Shown here: positions 47,925-58,445 of the stretch, one piece after another
Layout: every line of letters starts with the position of its first letter
Position numbering within the stretch: position 1 is the first letter of the stretch
NCBI GenBank assembly: GCA_044440125.1
Contig: JBITAJ010000029.1
Span: 128,001 to 192,000, forward strand
Direction of reading: 5' to 3'
DNA from: Sedimentisphaeraceae bacterium JB056
GTDB taxonomy: Bacteria; Planctomycetota; Phycisphaerae; Sedimentisphaerales; Sedimentisphaeraceae
DNA length: 64,000 nt
Translations under genes and position numbers: made by a program
Notes under the pieces: model-generated
Seen by the model: only the letters and a program-made list of their open reading frames with translations
What the model was told of the DNA's origin: nothing
Databases searched by the model: none

Positions 47925-50900
47925 GTGAATAGAATAATAAACATTTTAATATTGATTATGGTCGCTGTTTGCGCAGTTCGGGCAGATTTTGATAATAATA
48001 ATTTGTGCGACATTTTTGCGGCAGTGAATTCTGATTCTTTTACGCTTTTGCAAAGGTATGAAAGCAGCGGCTGTTTGAGTGAAGTTTTGCTGAAAAACAG
48101 TGAGTCTCTCGGCGATATATCTGTGATTGCTTGCGGAGATATAGATAATGATTCTTTTGCTGAAATTATTGTAGGATTCTCCGGGAGCAGTACATGCAGT
48201 TGGTATGAATATTCAATCGATACACAGTCTATAGTGTCAGGTGGTTCATTTGATCTTATTGATGAGCCTGCTGATATTTCAATAGGTAATTTTGATGGCG
48301 ATTCTGATAAAGATATTATAGTCGTTACTGCAAGTTCCGCTTGTTTCTGGTATGAGTACCAGACCGGCAGCGTGGTAATGAGAAGTAATCTTAAAAAGGG
48401 TGCCAAGGCCGCTGCCATGGGCGATCTCAACGAAAACGGCATCTCAGACATATTGATAACATACAGTACAGGTTTATTTCTCGTAGAATCTACCGGTGAT
48501 AACAGCTGGGCGGCGTTGCCGGGTTGTTCATGGTCATGGGGGGCTACTACTTCGAATATCAAATCTATCATATCCGGCGATATCGATGGTGATGGTAAGA
48601 CGGTTGATTTTGCATACATCTATCCAAAAGATTCAACAGATACAGGTGAGCTGATCTGGCGGAGTCTCTCAGTTACTGAGGTGGGTTCTGATATATATTG
48701 GCGGGCTACTTTTGCAGAATATAAGGATTTTGAGTCTATAAGGATGGCTGATGTAGATGGCGATGATATAAATGAGATAGTCGCCGTTCGCAGCAATGGA
48801 GAGGTTGTTTTTATATCCGCAGTAGAAGGGGGAAAGCTGAAGGAAAAAGCTTTCAGCCATAATATGGCAAACGTTAAAGGCGGACACTCTATTGCCGTTT
48901 GCGGGGACAGTTCGATATCCGGGATGGAGCCTCAGGGAGGCAGAAAAGATTTTGTAGTGGTTGGCGGTCAACACTTAGCCGGATGGTTTCAGTCCGGCTC
49001 ACAAGCAGGGGAATGTGACTATTTAGGTAGGATTGCATCAAATGTATCCGTTGCAACTTTGGGTGATTTTGATAATGATGACAAACTCGACCTTTTTACC
49101 GGTAAGATAGGAGAAGAAGGTACATGGTACGAATTAAGTGGTGTTTTTCAGAAATTTATGCCGGTTTTAAGTATTGGCAGCGGAACTGTGCCTAACGGGC
49201 TTGCGGTGGGCGATTTTGATGGTGATGGTAAAGGTGACCTGTTCAATTGCGTGAGCTGGGGAAATTGTTACTGGTACAGGCAGGCTGGGGACAACTCCAA
49301 AGAAACAGTCAAGACCATAACTAATGATGGGGCTATCGCTTGCTGTCTTGGAGATATTGATAATGATTCTTACGGCGACCTGTTGATATCAACCGCTTCA
49401 GGATTGAGGTGGTATGAAGCTACAGGAGAGGCCGGAGAGCAGATATACAGAATGACAATTCCCGATCTTACTAATGCTCGGGCAATGGCTATAGGTGAGA
49501 TCGACGGTGATATGTACAAAGATATATTTGTGGTTAAAGATAACGGTGAGGTTGCCTGGCTTGAGGCCTCTTTTGATAATCAGTGCCCCCAAATAGTTTC
49601 AGAATCTCTTGCCTCCAATGCTGCTTCCGTTGCGGTAGGCGATTTTGACGGGAACAGTGGAAATGAGTTACTGGTTGCTGTTGAAAATGAGCCGTTAAAA
49701 TGGTACAGATCATTAGCAAATAATCAGATCACGGAGGTTTCCGCAGAAGCGTTCGGTTTGGATGCTGAATCTCTGGCTGTCAATAATTCATCTTTGGATT
49801 TTTCTTTTGAATGTGACCCGATGTCAAGTGATCTTGATTTTGATTGTTATGTAGATTTTGATGACCTTGAATTGTTTTCTCAAAGATGGCTTGAAACATA
49901 TCAGGAACTTGGACTTTACGATCTATCCTTTTTTGGAGATATTGCCAGCAACTGGTATGACTGCAACGACCCGCAGAATATAGAATGTGTGCTTAAGGAA
50001 AAAAAACAGGCATTTATTCATATGGATTATGCCGATGAAGTTTATTGGGCGTCAAATTTGGGTTACTCCACCTACAGGGAAGCTGAGATAGCTGAATTTT
50101 TCAGAAGATGTTCCCTTAAAGGTATTGACGGTGTGTTCTGGAGGGTTACCGCCGGGGGCAAAGTACTGCACTGGAGTGATGTTTGCAGCGTCTTTCCGGA
50201 GAGAATATCGCCGGAGTTTCTCAGCGATCAAGACCTTGAGCTTGCGGATATAATGTCTGAGATTGATCCGTTGGCCTTGGCCGTACAATATGCCCATCTA
50301 AACGGGGTCAAGCTTTATGTTTGGCTGAGAGTAAGCGATGAGGCGGGAACAGATACTGATAACCCGTATGCAAGAGCAACAGATATTATTTTAGATCATC
50401 CCGAGTACGCCTTGCTTGACAAACAGGGAAATCCTATGATCGGCACGGTATGTTACAATGAAGTGGCGGTACGAGAAGCCAAGCTTGCCCATATATCCGA
50501 GTTGGTCAGCAATTATGATCTTGATGGTGTTCTGTTATGTACCAGGACTCACGCTTTCTATCACAACGAAGACTCTGGTTATCAATATGGTTATAATCCT
50601 CCTGTTGTAGCTGAATACTACAAGCGTTATGGCGTTGATATCTTAACTGAGGAATTTGATTATGATAAATGGCTGGAGATACGGGCCGGGGGAATGAGTG
50701 ATTTTGTTCAAGAGGCCTCTAATATTGTACATAATGCAGGTATGAAGCTTTGGTTCGGGATTAAAAGTGCCTCTAACGAAAAGAGGGGATGGCCTTATGG
50801 AGAGGCGATTCAGCCTTGGAAAAGCTGGTTGGCCAACGATTTGATAGATGGCGTTGTGGCAGGTCATTATTATACACCGGCGGAAATGATCGAAAATCAA

Positions 50901-51149
50901 ACCTTGAGTTTTCAGCAGGCAGCTGATCCGGATCAAACTATAATCTTTCTGATACAGTTATACGATTTTGATACGAGCTTTACTACACCGTTATCGGATA
51001 TTGAAACTCTTATTCAAACAATTTCGACATCAGGCTCAACGGGTGGATCTTTTTATGAAGCTTTGCAGCTCGAAGACAATATGGACTCTTACTGGGAGCC
51101 TATATATCAGAATGTCGACAGATACTGGCATTTGAATTTTAACAAATAA
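47925..51149 (+). CDS. Secreted FG-GAP/VCBS-repeat protein with dockerin-like motif and C-terminal GHL10 (DUF187)-like TIM barrel
   Basis: Signal peptide; many GD(I/F)D.D repeats; DLDFDCYVDFDDL..F..WL; IDPLALAVQYAHLNGVKLYVW...HPEY...YDLDGV. Confidence 0.75.
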   Translation: MNRIINILILIMVAVCAVRADFDNNNLCDIFAAVNSDSFTLLQRYESSGCLSEVLLKNSESLGDISVIACGDIDNDSFAEIIVGFSGSSTCSWYEYSIDTQSIVSGGSFDLIDEPADISIGNFDGDSDKDIIVVTASSACFWYEYQTGSVVMRSNLKKGAKAAAMGDLNENGISDILITYSTGLFLVESTGDNSWAALPGCSWSWGATTSNIKSIISGDIDGDGKTVDFAYIYPKDSTDTGELIWRSLSVTEVGSDIYWRATFAEYKDFESIRMADVDGDDINEIVAVRSNGEVVFISAVEGGKLKEKAFSHNMANVKGGHSIAVCGDSSISGMEPQGGRKDFVVVGGQHLAGWFQSGSQAGECDYLGRIASNVSVATLGDFDNDDKLDLFTGKIGEEGTWYELSGVFQKFMPVLSIGSGTVPNGLAVGDFDGDGKGDLFNCVSWGNCYWYRQAGDNSKETVKTITNDGAIACCLGDIDNDSYGDLLISTASGLRWYEATGEAGEQIYRMTIPDLTNARAMAIGEIDGDMYKDIFVVKDNGEVAWLEASFDNQCPQIVSESLASNAASVAVGDFDGNSGNELLVAVENEPLKWYRSLANNQITEVSAEAFGLDAESLAVNNSSLDFSFECDPMSSDLDFDCYVDFDDLELFSQRWLETYQELGLYDLSFFGDIASNWYDCNDPQNIECVLKEKKQAFIHMDYADEVYWASNLGYSTYREAEIAEFFRRCSLKGIDGVFWRVTAGGKVLHWSDVCSVFPERISPEFLSDQDLELADIMSEIDPLALAVQYAHLNGVKLYVWLRVSDEAGTDTDNPYARATDIILDHPEYALLDKQGNPMIGTVCYNEVAVREAKLAHISELVSNYDLDGVLLCTRTHAFYHNEDSGYQYGYNPPVVAEYYKRYGVDILTEEFDYDKWLEIRAGGMSDFVQEASNIVHNAGMKLWFGIKSASNEKRGWPYGEAIQPWKSWLANDLIDGVVAGHYYTPAEMIENQTLSFQQAADPDQTIIFLIQLYDFDTSFTTPLSDIETLIQTISTSGSTGGSFYEALQLEDNMDSYWEPIYQNVDRYWHLNFNK

Positions 51150-51186
51150 ATCGCGTTTTTTATTATTTATTTTTGGAGATTAAATT

Positions 51187-53394
51187 ATGGACAAGATTTG
51201 TAGCAAGTTAGTGCTTCTTATGATGGTTGTGGCTTTGCAATTATCCTTGACAGCACAAGAATCACAAGCCGGGACCGATGCTGAAATATTCATCGCCGGT
51301 TCTGATGGCGGATACTGGTACAGGGCTGATTCCCTGGGTAATGATATGGCTCTGGTTGAAAAATTTCAGGATGGCCCTTTGGACGGTGGGGCAAATGCTG
51401 TTGATGCGGGATATTTTGATACTGATAACAGCATAGATGTTATCATTGCAGAAGAAAAGCCTGCTGATGGATATCGTGCCCCAAACAGATGGTATAAGAG
51501 CAAGGATGGTATAATTGAAGCTTATTATTCTCCTTCAAGTACTGTTTATGAAGTTGCCAAGATTGGTGCCTATGCAGGTAAAAGCAGATTGTTTGCTGGA
51601 GAATTTTTCAATAATGGAAAAACTCAACTTATGACATCTTTATATTGGAATGGTACAGCCGGCTGTTATCAACTGGAAGGCGGTGATGATATCGCTACCA
51701 GCCTTGGTGATAAAATATGGAGTGTAAAAGCTGGATGCTCAGTTCAGGTTGGCTCTTCAACCGGTCTCTTTGTATGTAAGAGCAATAATTTCGAACTCTA
51801 TATGCCGAATACGACAAACGATGGTGTTTCTTTCAAAAACAGGCAGACGTTGCCTACCGGAACAAACGGTGTTGATATTACAGCCGGCGACTTTGACGGC
51901 GATTCGGAAGTTGATGTATTCATTGCTCTGGATAATGGAACCGTTGTCTGGTATGAGATGGGTTCGGCTTACTGGAGTGCTCCTCTGGCGGTTCAGGTTG
52001 GTTCGGCTTTTGGTGCTAATGTTACCAGTGTTGAGCTTTGCGATGTTAACAGTGACGGAACGTCGGAGCTTATGGTTGCAAGCGGCAGCGGCTCATCAAC
52101 TATAACATGGTACAATCCTGATCAGTCCGGTAATCCAGTTTCGGTTGGTACAACATCACTGAGTTTTGAAGTAAGAGATATGTCTGCTATAGTTTCAAAA
52201 GATGTTTTTGATCCTATCGGTACTCCTTCGTATGATCCCGCCGGTGTTTCTGATGTCTTTTCACTGAGCCCTAATGGTAATCTTTACTGGTATCAGGGCT
52301 TTACCAACAGCGACCAACTATCGTGGGCAGGTACTATAGCTGATGATGTTTTAGATTTTGCTTATGGTGATTTGGATAACGATGGTCTTACTGATATTGT
52401 TTATTCTACAAAGACGACAACCAAAACTCTTCATCGCTGCGAATATGATTCTACCACGAATTCATTTGCTTTCAAAAATGTGTATCCTTTCGGAACAGGT
52501 GGACCTAAGGTGTTTATCGGTAATCTCTACGGCGGAGACCGGGATAATCTTTTTGTTCTTTTAACTAACGGACAAACCTATTGGTATAAAGCAGATGATG
52601 CTGATGCAATTGATATGCAGCCGGTACAGGCCGATCCATTGACATGGAGCGCTACCGAAAGTATAGCAGTCGGTTATTACGACAAATATTCTCTTTCAAC
52701 GGATCCGGATATTATTGTAGCACGTTCAACGGGCCTTCAGTGGTATGAATATGCCAACCCGATTTACACTGTCGGCAGTGCCTGGTGGCCAAGCCTTTCA
52801 GGTATCCAGTCTATGTGTATGGGTGATTTTGACGGTAACGATGAAACTGATTTGCTGTATGTTAATACCCAGGTAATTGACAGCAACAGTATCGATGGTG
52901 TACTTTCGTGGTCCGAATCTGACGGTTATAATTTCCCTCCTACCTGGACTGATCGCGTAAGATGGGAAGAGAACTTTATCAGTGTCGGTATGGGTGATAT
53001 TGATGGAGACGGCAAGAGTGAGGTTGCCGCGGTCAAATCAGACTACACAACAAGTTTCTTTACCTATATGAGAGATCCATGGGTTGACGGCGAGGGAAAT
53101 ACTCGCGGCAAGAAGATGGGTATAAAGAACTTTGGTCAGATGGATTCTTCATCTGTTAAGATATTGATCAAGTCAGCTCCTGTACCTTGCAGTAATGCAC
53201 TTTCAGTTGCTGATATGAATATTGATTGTCAGGTTAATATAATTGACTATTCTGATATTGCCGATTTCTGGAATGCGAGCTGTTATTATGACGAAACCGA
53301 GGTTCAGGGAGAACGTATCGATGCCGACCTCGATTACGACTGTACGGTAGGTATTTCTGATCTCTCAATCTTTGTGGGACAATGGCTCAACTGA
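51187..53394 (+). CDS. Secreted FG-GAP/VCBS-repeat (beta-propeller) protein with C-terminal dockerin-like motifs
   Basis: Signal peptide; GDFDGD, GDLDNDG and GDIDGDG repeats; ADMNIDCQVNIID and ADLDYDCTVGISDL..F..QWL. Confidence 0.75.
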   Translation: MDKICSKLVLLMMVVALQLSLTAQESQAGTDAEIFIAGSDGGYWYRADSLGNDMALVEKFQDGPLDGGANAVDAGYFDTDNSIDVIIAEEKPADGYRAPNRWYKSKDGIIEAYYSPSSTVYEVAKIGAYAGKSRLFAGEFFNNGKTQLMTSLYWNGTAGCYQLEGGDDIATSLGDKIWSVKAGCSVQVGSSTGLFVCKSNNFELYMPNTTNDGVSFKNRQTLPTGTNGVDITAGDFDGDSEVDVFIALDNGTVVWYEMGSAYWSAPLAVQVGSAFGANVTSVELCDVNSDGTSELMVASGSGSSTITWYNPDQSGNPVSVGTTSLSFEVRDMSAIVSKDVFDPIGTPSYDPAGVSDVFSLSPNGNLYWYQGFTNSDQLSWAGTIADDVLDFAYGDLDNDGLTDIVYSTKTTTKTLHRCEYDSTTNSFAFKNVYPFGTGGPKVFIGNLYGGDRDNLFVLLTNGQTYWYKADDADAIDMQPVQADPLTWSATESIAVGYYDKYSLSTDPDIIVARSTGLQWYEYANPIYTVGSAWWPSLSGIQSMCMGDFDGNDETDLLYVNTQVIDSNSIDGVLSWSESDGYNFPPTWTDRVRWEENFISVGMGDIDGDGKSEVAAVKSDYTTSFFTYMRDPWVDGEGNTRGKKMGIKNFGQMDSSSVKILIKSAPVPCSNALSVADMNIDCQVNIIDYSDIADFWNASCYYDETEVQGERIDADLDYDCTVGISDLSIFVGQWLN

Positions 53395-53439
53395 GTGTCC
53401 GGCAAATTAATATTATAATCGATATAAAGTAAATTAACG

Positions 53440-53475
53440 GCAGGAGTCGTGGTCGTAAGTCACGGCTCCTGTTTT
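53440..53475 (+). terminator. Intrinsic terminator / stabilising hairpin
   Basis: GCAGGAGTCGTGG-loop-TCACGGCTCCTGT-TTT. Confidence 0.7.
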
Positions 53476-53499
53476 CAGGATGAGTTTTAGGGATATTTA

Positions 53500-55071
53500 A
53501 TGACAAGTCAAATCATCGATCCACATTTTGCGACAAGTGATTATGTCGTAATGATAACTTATATTGTTGCTGTTGTTATTTTAGGCGCGGCTTTCTGTAT
53601 AAAAGAGAAAAACACCGAAGATTATATACTTGGCGGAAGAAGTATGCCGTGGTGGGCAATAACGCTTTCTATCTTTGTTACTCTTTTCAGCGCAATATCA
53701 TTTGTCGCTGTTCCCGAAGAAGCTTACAAAAACGGGTTGAGATTATGGCTCAATGCATTTATAGGGCCTTGTCTTGTCCCGCTTGCTATGTGGATGTTTC
53801 TGGCCTTTTATTACAGTCTTAAATCTTTCACTCCTTACGAGTATATAGAGAAAAGATTTTCACCCAAAATACGGTTGATATGCAGCATTCTCTTTATATT
53901 GCAGAAAGGCTTATACCTTGCAATAGTACTGTTTGCTTCTGCAAAAGCTTTTGAAGGAGCAGTTGGATGGAAACCATGGTTTACTATTCTTGTGGTAGGT
54001 TTGCTTGGAACTCTGTATACAACTCTTGGCGGAATGAAGGCGGTAGTATGGACCGACGTTGCCCAGTTTTTTGTTCTTGGCGGCGGAATTCTGACCGTGG
54101 CATGTTTTCTTGTATTCAAAGTTGATTCGGGTTTTACCGGTATTTTTTCTTACGCGTTTGAAAATGAGCATGGTTTCAATATCGATAAAAGTTTCTTCAG
54201 TTTTGATCCGTATGAAAGGAGCTCGATATGGTGGATGCTGTTGCTCGCTTTTGGCGCTACGATGAACTACTATGCGACCGACCAGCTCGTAATACAGAGA
54301 ATTCTTTCCACTAAAACGTATAAGCAGGCTAAAATGTCTGTTTATGCCAATATACCGGTCTCGCTGTCGGTTGGGGCAATGTTCTGGTTTGTAGGCATAG
54401 GCTTGTTTGCCTATTTCAATCAAACAGGCGAAAATCTTGCAGAGAATATCGACCCCTCACAGGTTTTAAGTTATTTCATCACTACTCAGCTTCCTTCTCC
54501 GATACCGGGTCTGATAATGGCCGGTTTGCTTGCGGCTATAATGTCGACGGTGGATTCTGGAATAAGCAGCCTTTCGGCGGTGGCGGTTAAGGATATATAC
54601 GGGCGTTTTATCAAAAAAGATGCAACTGAAGAAAAGCAACTGTCGGTATCAAAATATATGACAGTGGTATGGGGAATATATATGATAGCGGCAGCACTGC
54701 TGATAGTGTGGGTCTCCGATAAAGCTGTTTCTACCGTAATGGAGCTTGGTGCTATATGGCAGAGTGTGGGAGGTATTGTCCTCGCCATATATATACTTGG
54801 AGTAACAAATTCAAGAATTAAGACCAGGTGGTTATTAGTAAGTGCTGGCGTTTCTTTAGTCTTGCTTCTTATTGGTATTGTTGAATTTTATTACACAAGA
54901 GCTGAGGATGAAAGAGTTTCATTTTTAATTGTTGGTAATATTGGGCTTATATCAATGCTTATAATAGGCTATGCGGGTGTTATAGTATCGAAGTATATAA
55001 CTCATCGTGAGCAACAAGATGCTTATCCAGGTTTAACTTTATGGACAATTGACAGAACTAAAATTAAGTAA
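53500..55071 (+). CDS. Sodium:solute symporter (SSS family)
   Basis: DYILGGRSMPWW, GGMKAVVWTDVAQ, DQLVIQR, AAIMSTVDSG. Confidence 0.95.
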   Translation: MTSQIIDPHFATSDYVVMITYIVAVVILGAAFCIKEKNTEDYILGGRSMPWWAITLSIFVTLFSAISFVAVPEEAYKNGLRLWLNAFIGPCLVPLAMWMFLAFYYSLKSFTPYEYIEKRFSPKIRLICSILFILQKGLYLAIVLFASAKAFEGAVGWKPWFTILVVGLLGTLYTTLGGMKAVVWTDVAQFFVLGGGILTVACFLVFKVDSGFTGIFSYAFENEHGFNIDKSFFSFDPYERSSIWWMLLLAFGATMNYYATDQLVIQRILSTKTYKQAKMSVYANIPVSLSVGAMFWFVGIGLFAYFNQTGENLAENIDPSQVLSYFITTQLPSPIPGLIMAGLLAAIMSTVDSGISSLSAVAVKDIYGRFIKKDATEEKQLSVSKYMTVVWGIYMIAAALLIVWVSDKAVSTVMELGAIWQSVGGIVLAIYILGVTNSRIKTRWLLVSAGVSLVLLLIGIVEFYYTRAEDERVSFLIVGNIGLISMLIIGYAGVIVSKYITHREQQDAYPGLTLWTIDRTKIK

Positions 55072-55078
55072 TAATGAC

Positions 55079-57409
55079 ATGTTAAAAGATTTTGCAACAA
55101 TGAATACTCAAAATTGGTATAGCTTCAAAGAAAAAGGTAAATGCTGCAGTATAGAAACTCCGGATACTCCCCGTCCCTGGCAGAATTATATTTACGGCAG
55201 TGACGGTAACTTTCAGTTAGTTATTTCGCAAAGAGCCAAAGGGGACAGCTTTTATTTTAGCAAAGCGGCCAATAATTTTTCCGCCGGACGCAATTACAAC
55301 CTGCTTGATAAGGAAAGCGGCAGATGCTGGTCGGTTAACGGGGGAGATGCTCCTTTTTCTCCCGAAAAATATAAGTGCAGGCATTTTCCCGGTAAAACCG
55401 TTTTTAACGTTTTGAATGACGGTATTGAAACCGAGCTTCTTATCACAGCGGATGTGGATAACGATATTGAAATTAACAGACTGACCATAAAGAATAGCCG
55501 TGAGAAAAGGGCCGTTTTTTCTCTTATCGGTTTTAATGAGTGTGTTCTTGAAGGTGTAAAAAACGGCAACCAGATAGACAAGACGACTTTCGATGAAAAA
55601 ACCGGCGCGGTTTTGGCTCAGAAATGTCATTTTGATACTCCTTCATATAAATATGCGGCTTTTTATGCGGCAGATCGTTACCCTGATTCTTACAGCGGTT
55701 CTCTTGAGGCATTATTTGATGCAGACGTGCCGAGATCGAATGCTGATATCTGGAAAAAGGGCAGACTTCCTAATAAAAATGCCCACGCAACTAAGATCGC
55801 AATGGCTCTGCAGCATGAGATGATTTTGGAACCCGGTGAGCTTCTGTGCATAAATTACGGCTTAGGACTTGCTGATTCGATGGATGAGGCTGCCCGATTA
55901 GCAGAGGATTTTGTCGCCGAAAAAAACTCTCAAGATATAATTCAGCAGAATGAGACTTATTTTGATGAAGTGCTGAATAACGGCCAAATTGAGACGGAAG
56001 ACAATATCCTTAATTCGATGCTGAATTTCTGGGCAAAGATACAGTTGCATAGACAGGTGTTGACTGCAAGAGGCGCAGTAAGTCATAATTGGCGTAATAA
56101 CCTGCAGGATGCCTGGGGATGGATGATATTTGATCCGGGATGGGCAAGAAGAAGGCTCTATGAAATGTTTAGCCTTGCCAATGAAGATGGATTTCTAAGA
56201 AGAACATCCATGCGTGTTCCAGAATTGTGTGGTTCAAGTGCAAGTCATTATTTAAGCCAAAGACATGGTGATATTGCTACATGGACGGCGCTGCTTGCAG
56301 GAAGATATGTGGCGGAAACGGGAGATTTAGATTTCTTCAAAGAAGAAGTTGAATACGCTCAGGGCAAAAAGAAAGCATCGGTTGTTGATTGTCTTATCAA
56401 TGCTGTTCAATGGCTGCTTGATCATAAGGGTAAACATGGCATGATATTGATGCTTGATGGTGACTGGAGCGATCCCCTTGAGGAAGCAGGTAAAAGGGGG
56501 ATTGGCGAATCACCGTGGACAACCGTCGCTCTTGTAAACGGGATAAAACATATTGACGGTCTTCTCAGATGCCTCGGTTATGATGAAAAGGCAGATTATT
56601 TCAAAGATCAGGCCCAGCAGCTTGCAAAAGCAGTAAATGAGAATGCTTGGGATGGACAGTGGTATATCAGGGGGATAACTGATGATGGTGTCAGGTTTGG
56701 GATGAAAGATGATCCTGATGCTAATGTAAGTTTGATGATGCAGGCGTGGCCAATAATAAGCGGTGTAGTTCCCCAAGAGAGGAAAAGCTCCGTTTTAAGG
56801 GCGATTGATGAGCATGTTAAGACGGATATCGGACCTATACTTTACGGGCCTCCTTTCCTGAAATGGAGGCCGGAAATCGGTCGTGAAACGGTTAAACAGC
56901 CGGGTACCGGAGAGAACGGGTCGGTCTATGTTCATGGAGCCATGATGCTGGCAAATGCAGAAATAGTTGCGGGTCGGGCTGATCAGGCACTGGATATCAT
57001 TAAGAAGGTACTGCCTTTAAGAGAAGAAAGCTGTGAACATATCACCAGAGATATACCTTTATGGATGCCGAATTTCTACCATGGTCCTCACTCTGACACG
57101 CCGGGGCTCTCAAGCGGCATAATAAGTACAGGGGCACCTGCCTGGTTCTTTATCAATGTTTGTGAAGGGTTTTTAGGTATAAAACCTCAGATTGATCATT
57201 TATTGATCGACCCATTGTTCCCTTCGTCATGGAAGAATGCTCGTTTTAAGAGACAATGGCGAGGATCTGTTTTTGATTTTCGCTATAGAAGAGATATGAG
57301 CGTCTCTGGTTTGTCAGTTTATTTTAATGATAAGAAACTGGAAGATAACCGTATACCTGTTCCTCAAAAAGAGGCTGTATACGATGTTGAAATAGTTATT
57401 GGAAAATAA
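55079..57409 (+). CDS. GH94-like glycoside phosphorylase
   Basis: TPRPWQNY, R..LQD, GDWSD catalytic motif, AWDGQWYIRG, ENGSVYVH, TGAPAW. Confidence 0.8.
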   Translation: MLKDFATMNTQNWYSFKEKGKCCSIETPDTPRPWQNYIYGSDGNFQLVISQRAKGDSFYFSKAANNFSAGRNYNLLDKESGRCWSVNGGDAPFSPEKYKCRHFPGKTVFNVLNDGIETELLITADVDNDIEINRLTIKNSREKRAVFSLIGFNECVLEGVKNGNQIDKTTFDEKTGAVLAQKCHFDTPSYKYAAFYAADRYPDSYSGSLEALFDADVPRSNADIWKKGRLPNKNAHATKIAMALQHEMILEPGELLCINYGLGLADSMDEAARLAEDFVAEKNSQDIIQQNETYFDEVLNNGQIETEDNILNSMLNFWAKIQLHRQVLTARGAVSHNWRNNLQDAWGWMIFDPGWARRRLYEMFSLANEDGFLRRTSMRVPELCGSSASHYLSQRHGDIATWTALLAGRYVAETGDLDFFKEEVEYAQGKKKASVVDCLINAVQWLLDHKGKHGMILMLDGDWSDPLEEAGKRGIGESPWTTVALVNGIKHIDGLLRCLGYDEKADYFKDQAQQLAKAVNENAWDGQWYIRGITDDGVRFGMKDDPDANVSLMMQAWPIISGVVPQERKSSVLRAIDEHVKTDIGPILYGPPFLKWRPEIGRETVKQPGTGENGSVYVHGAMMLANAEIVAGRADQALDIIKKVLPLREESCEHITRDIPLWMPNFYHGPHSDTPGLSSGIISTGAPAWFFINVCEGFLGIKPQIDHLLIDPLFPSSWKNARFKRQWRGSVFDFRYRRDMSVSGLSVYFNDKKLEDNRIPVPQKEAVYDVEIVIGK

Positions 57410-57434
57410 TTTTAAGAAAGAAGAATATATTAGT

Positions 57435-58445
57435 ATGAAGATCGGTGCAAGTTATATACCACCTCATCAGCCATGTCATATCGAGTCAGATATGAAGTAT
57501 ATGAAGCAAATTGGTTGCGATCAGGTTCTGTTTGCATTGCAGGAAAACCATTTTCAATGGCTGAACGGTTCGGTGAGGTTCGGACCTCAAATAGCCAAGG
57601 ATCATGGCTTGTTTACCCGTGCAGTTATGTGGGGGTACGCCAACACAAGCGGTGGAGGCAGGAGCTCACGTGTTATGCTCGAAAATCCGGATATGTGGAG
57701 ATGCAATACAGACGGACGTCCTTTCCTTGGAGGTTATCCAAACCCCAAAGCATGTCACAATAATCCCAAGACAATATCGTTCTTTGGCGATTATGTATGC
57801 CAGTGCAGAGAGTTTGGGTTTGATAGCATCATGATAGATGAGCCGACTGTTCAGGATTGCTTCTGCGAGCATTGCAGAGAGCTTTTTTACGACAGATTCA
57901 AAATGGATCTGGAAAAGAGCCGTGAAAGCTCTGAATACAAGCAATTTCAGTATGAAACTACTATCGAGTTCGTTAAAAAAAGTTGCAGAGAGGTCAAGAA
58001 GGCAGATATTGACCTTCAGAGTGGCTTGTGCCTCATGCCAAGTGACAGGGATAAATTTGATGACATGGCGGTTATTAGCGATCTTGATGTCTTTGGAACG
58101 GACCCTTACTGGCTGAGACCCATAAATAAACTCACCTTTGAAGATGCTGTGAATGTTACTAAATATGCAAGAAGACTTTCTGATGAGAATGGTAAGCTTT
58201 TTGAGCTTTACCTCGGATGCTTTGGCATTGATGCCGGCCTTGAAGAAAAGATATATTCCGGCAGCAAGATACTTATAGAGGAAGGTGCCCCCGACCTTGT
58301 AACCGCCTGGTCGTTTAGAGGAGGTATAGGACTTGGTGATCTTTCTTCTGAAGAATGTGATAACCCGCAATTAGCGTGGGATAGCATTGAACGGCTTTAC
58401 TGTGAAATAGCAGCGGAAAGGGAATTGGTATGCCTGCAAGCATAG
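57435..58445 (+). CDS. Hypothetical TIM-barrel glycoside hydrolase-like protein
   Basis: DSIMIDEP, CFCEHCRELF, FGTDPYW; no specific family recognised. Confidence 0.5.
   Translation: MKIGASYIPPHQPCHIESDMKYMKQIGCDQVLFALQENHFQWLNGSVRFGPQIAKDHGLFTRAVMWGYANTSGGGRSSRVMLENPDMWRCNTDGRPFLGGYPNPKACHNNPKTISFFGDYVCQCREFGFDSIMIDEPTVQDCFCEHCRELFYDRFKMDLEKSRESSEYKQFQYETTIEFVKKSCREVKKADIDLQSGLCLMPSDRDKFDDMAVISDLDVFGTDPYWLRPINKLTFEDAVNVTKYARRLSDENGKLFELYLGCFGIDAGLEEKIYSGSKILIEEGAPDLVTAWSFRGGIGLGDLSSEECDNPQLAWDSIERLYCEIAAERELVCLQA

Noticed and set aside
47765..48619. 284-aa minus-strand ORF
   Set aside because: Lies almost wholly antisense to the FG-GAP protein, which has clear motifs; no features of its own.
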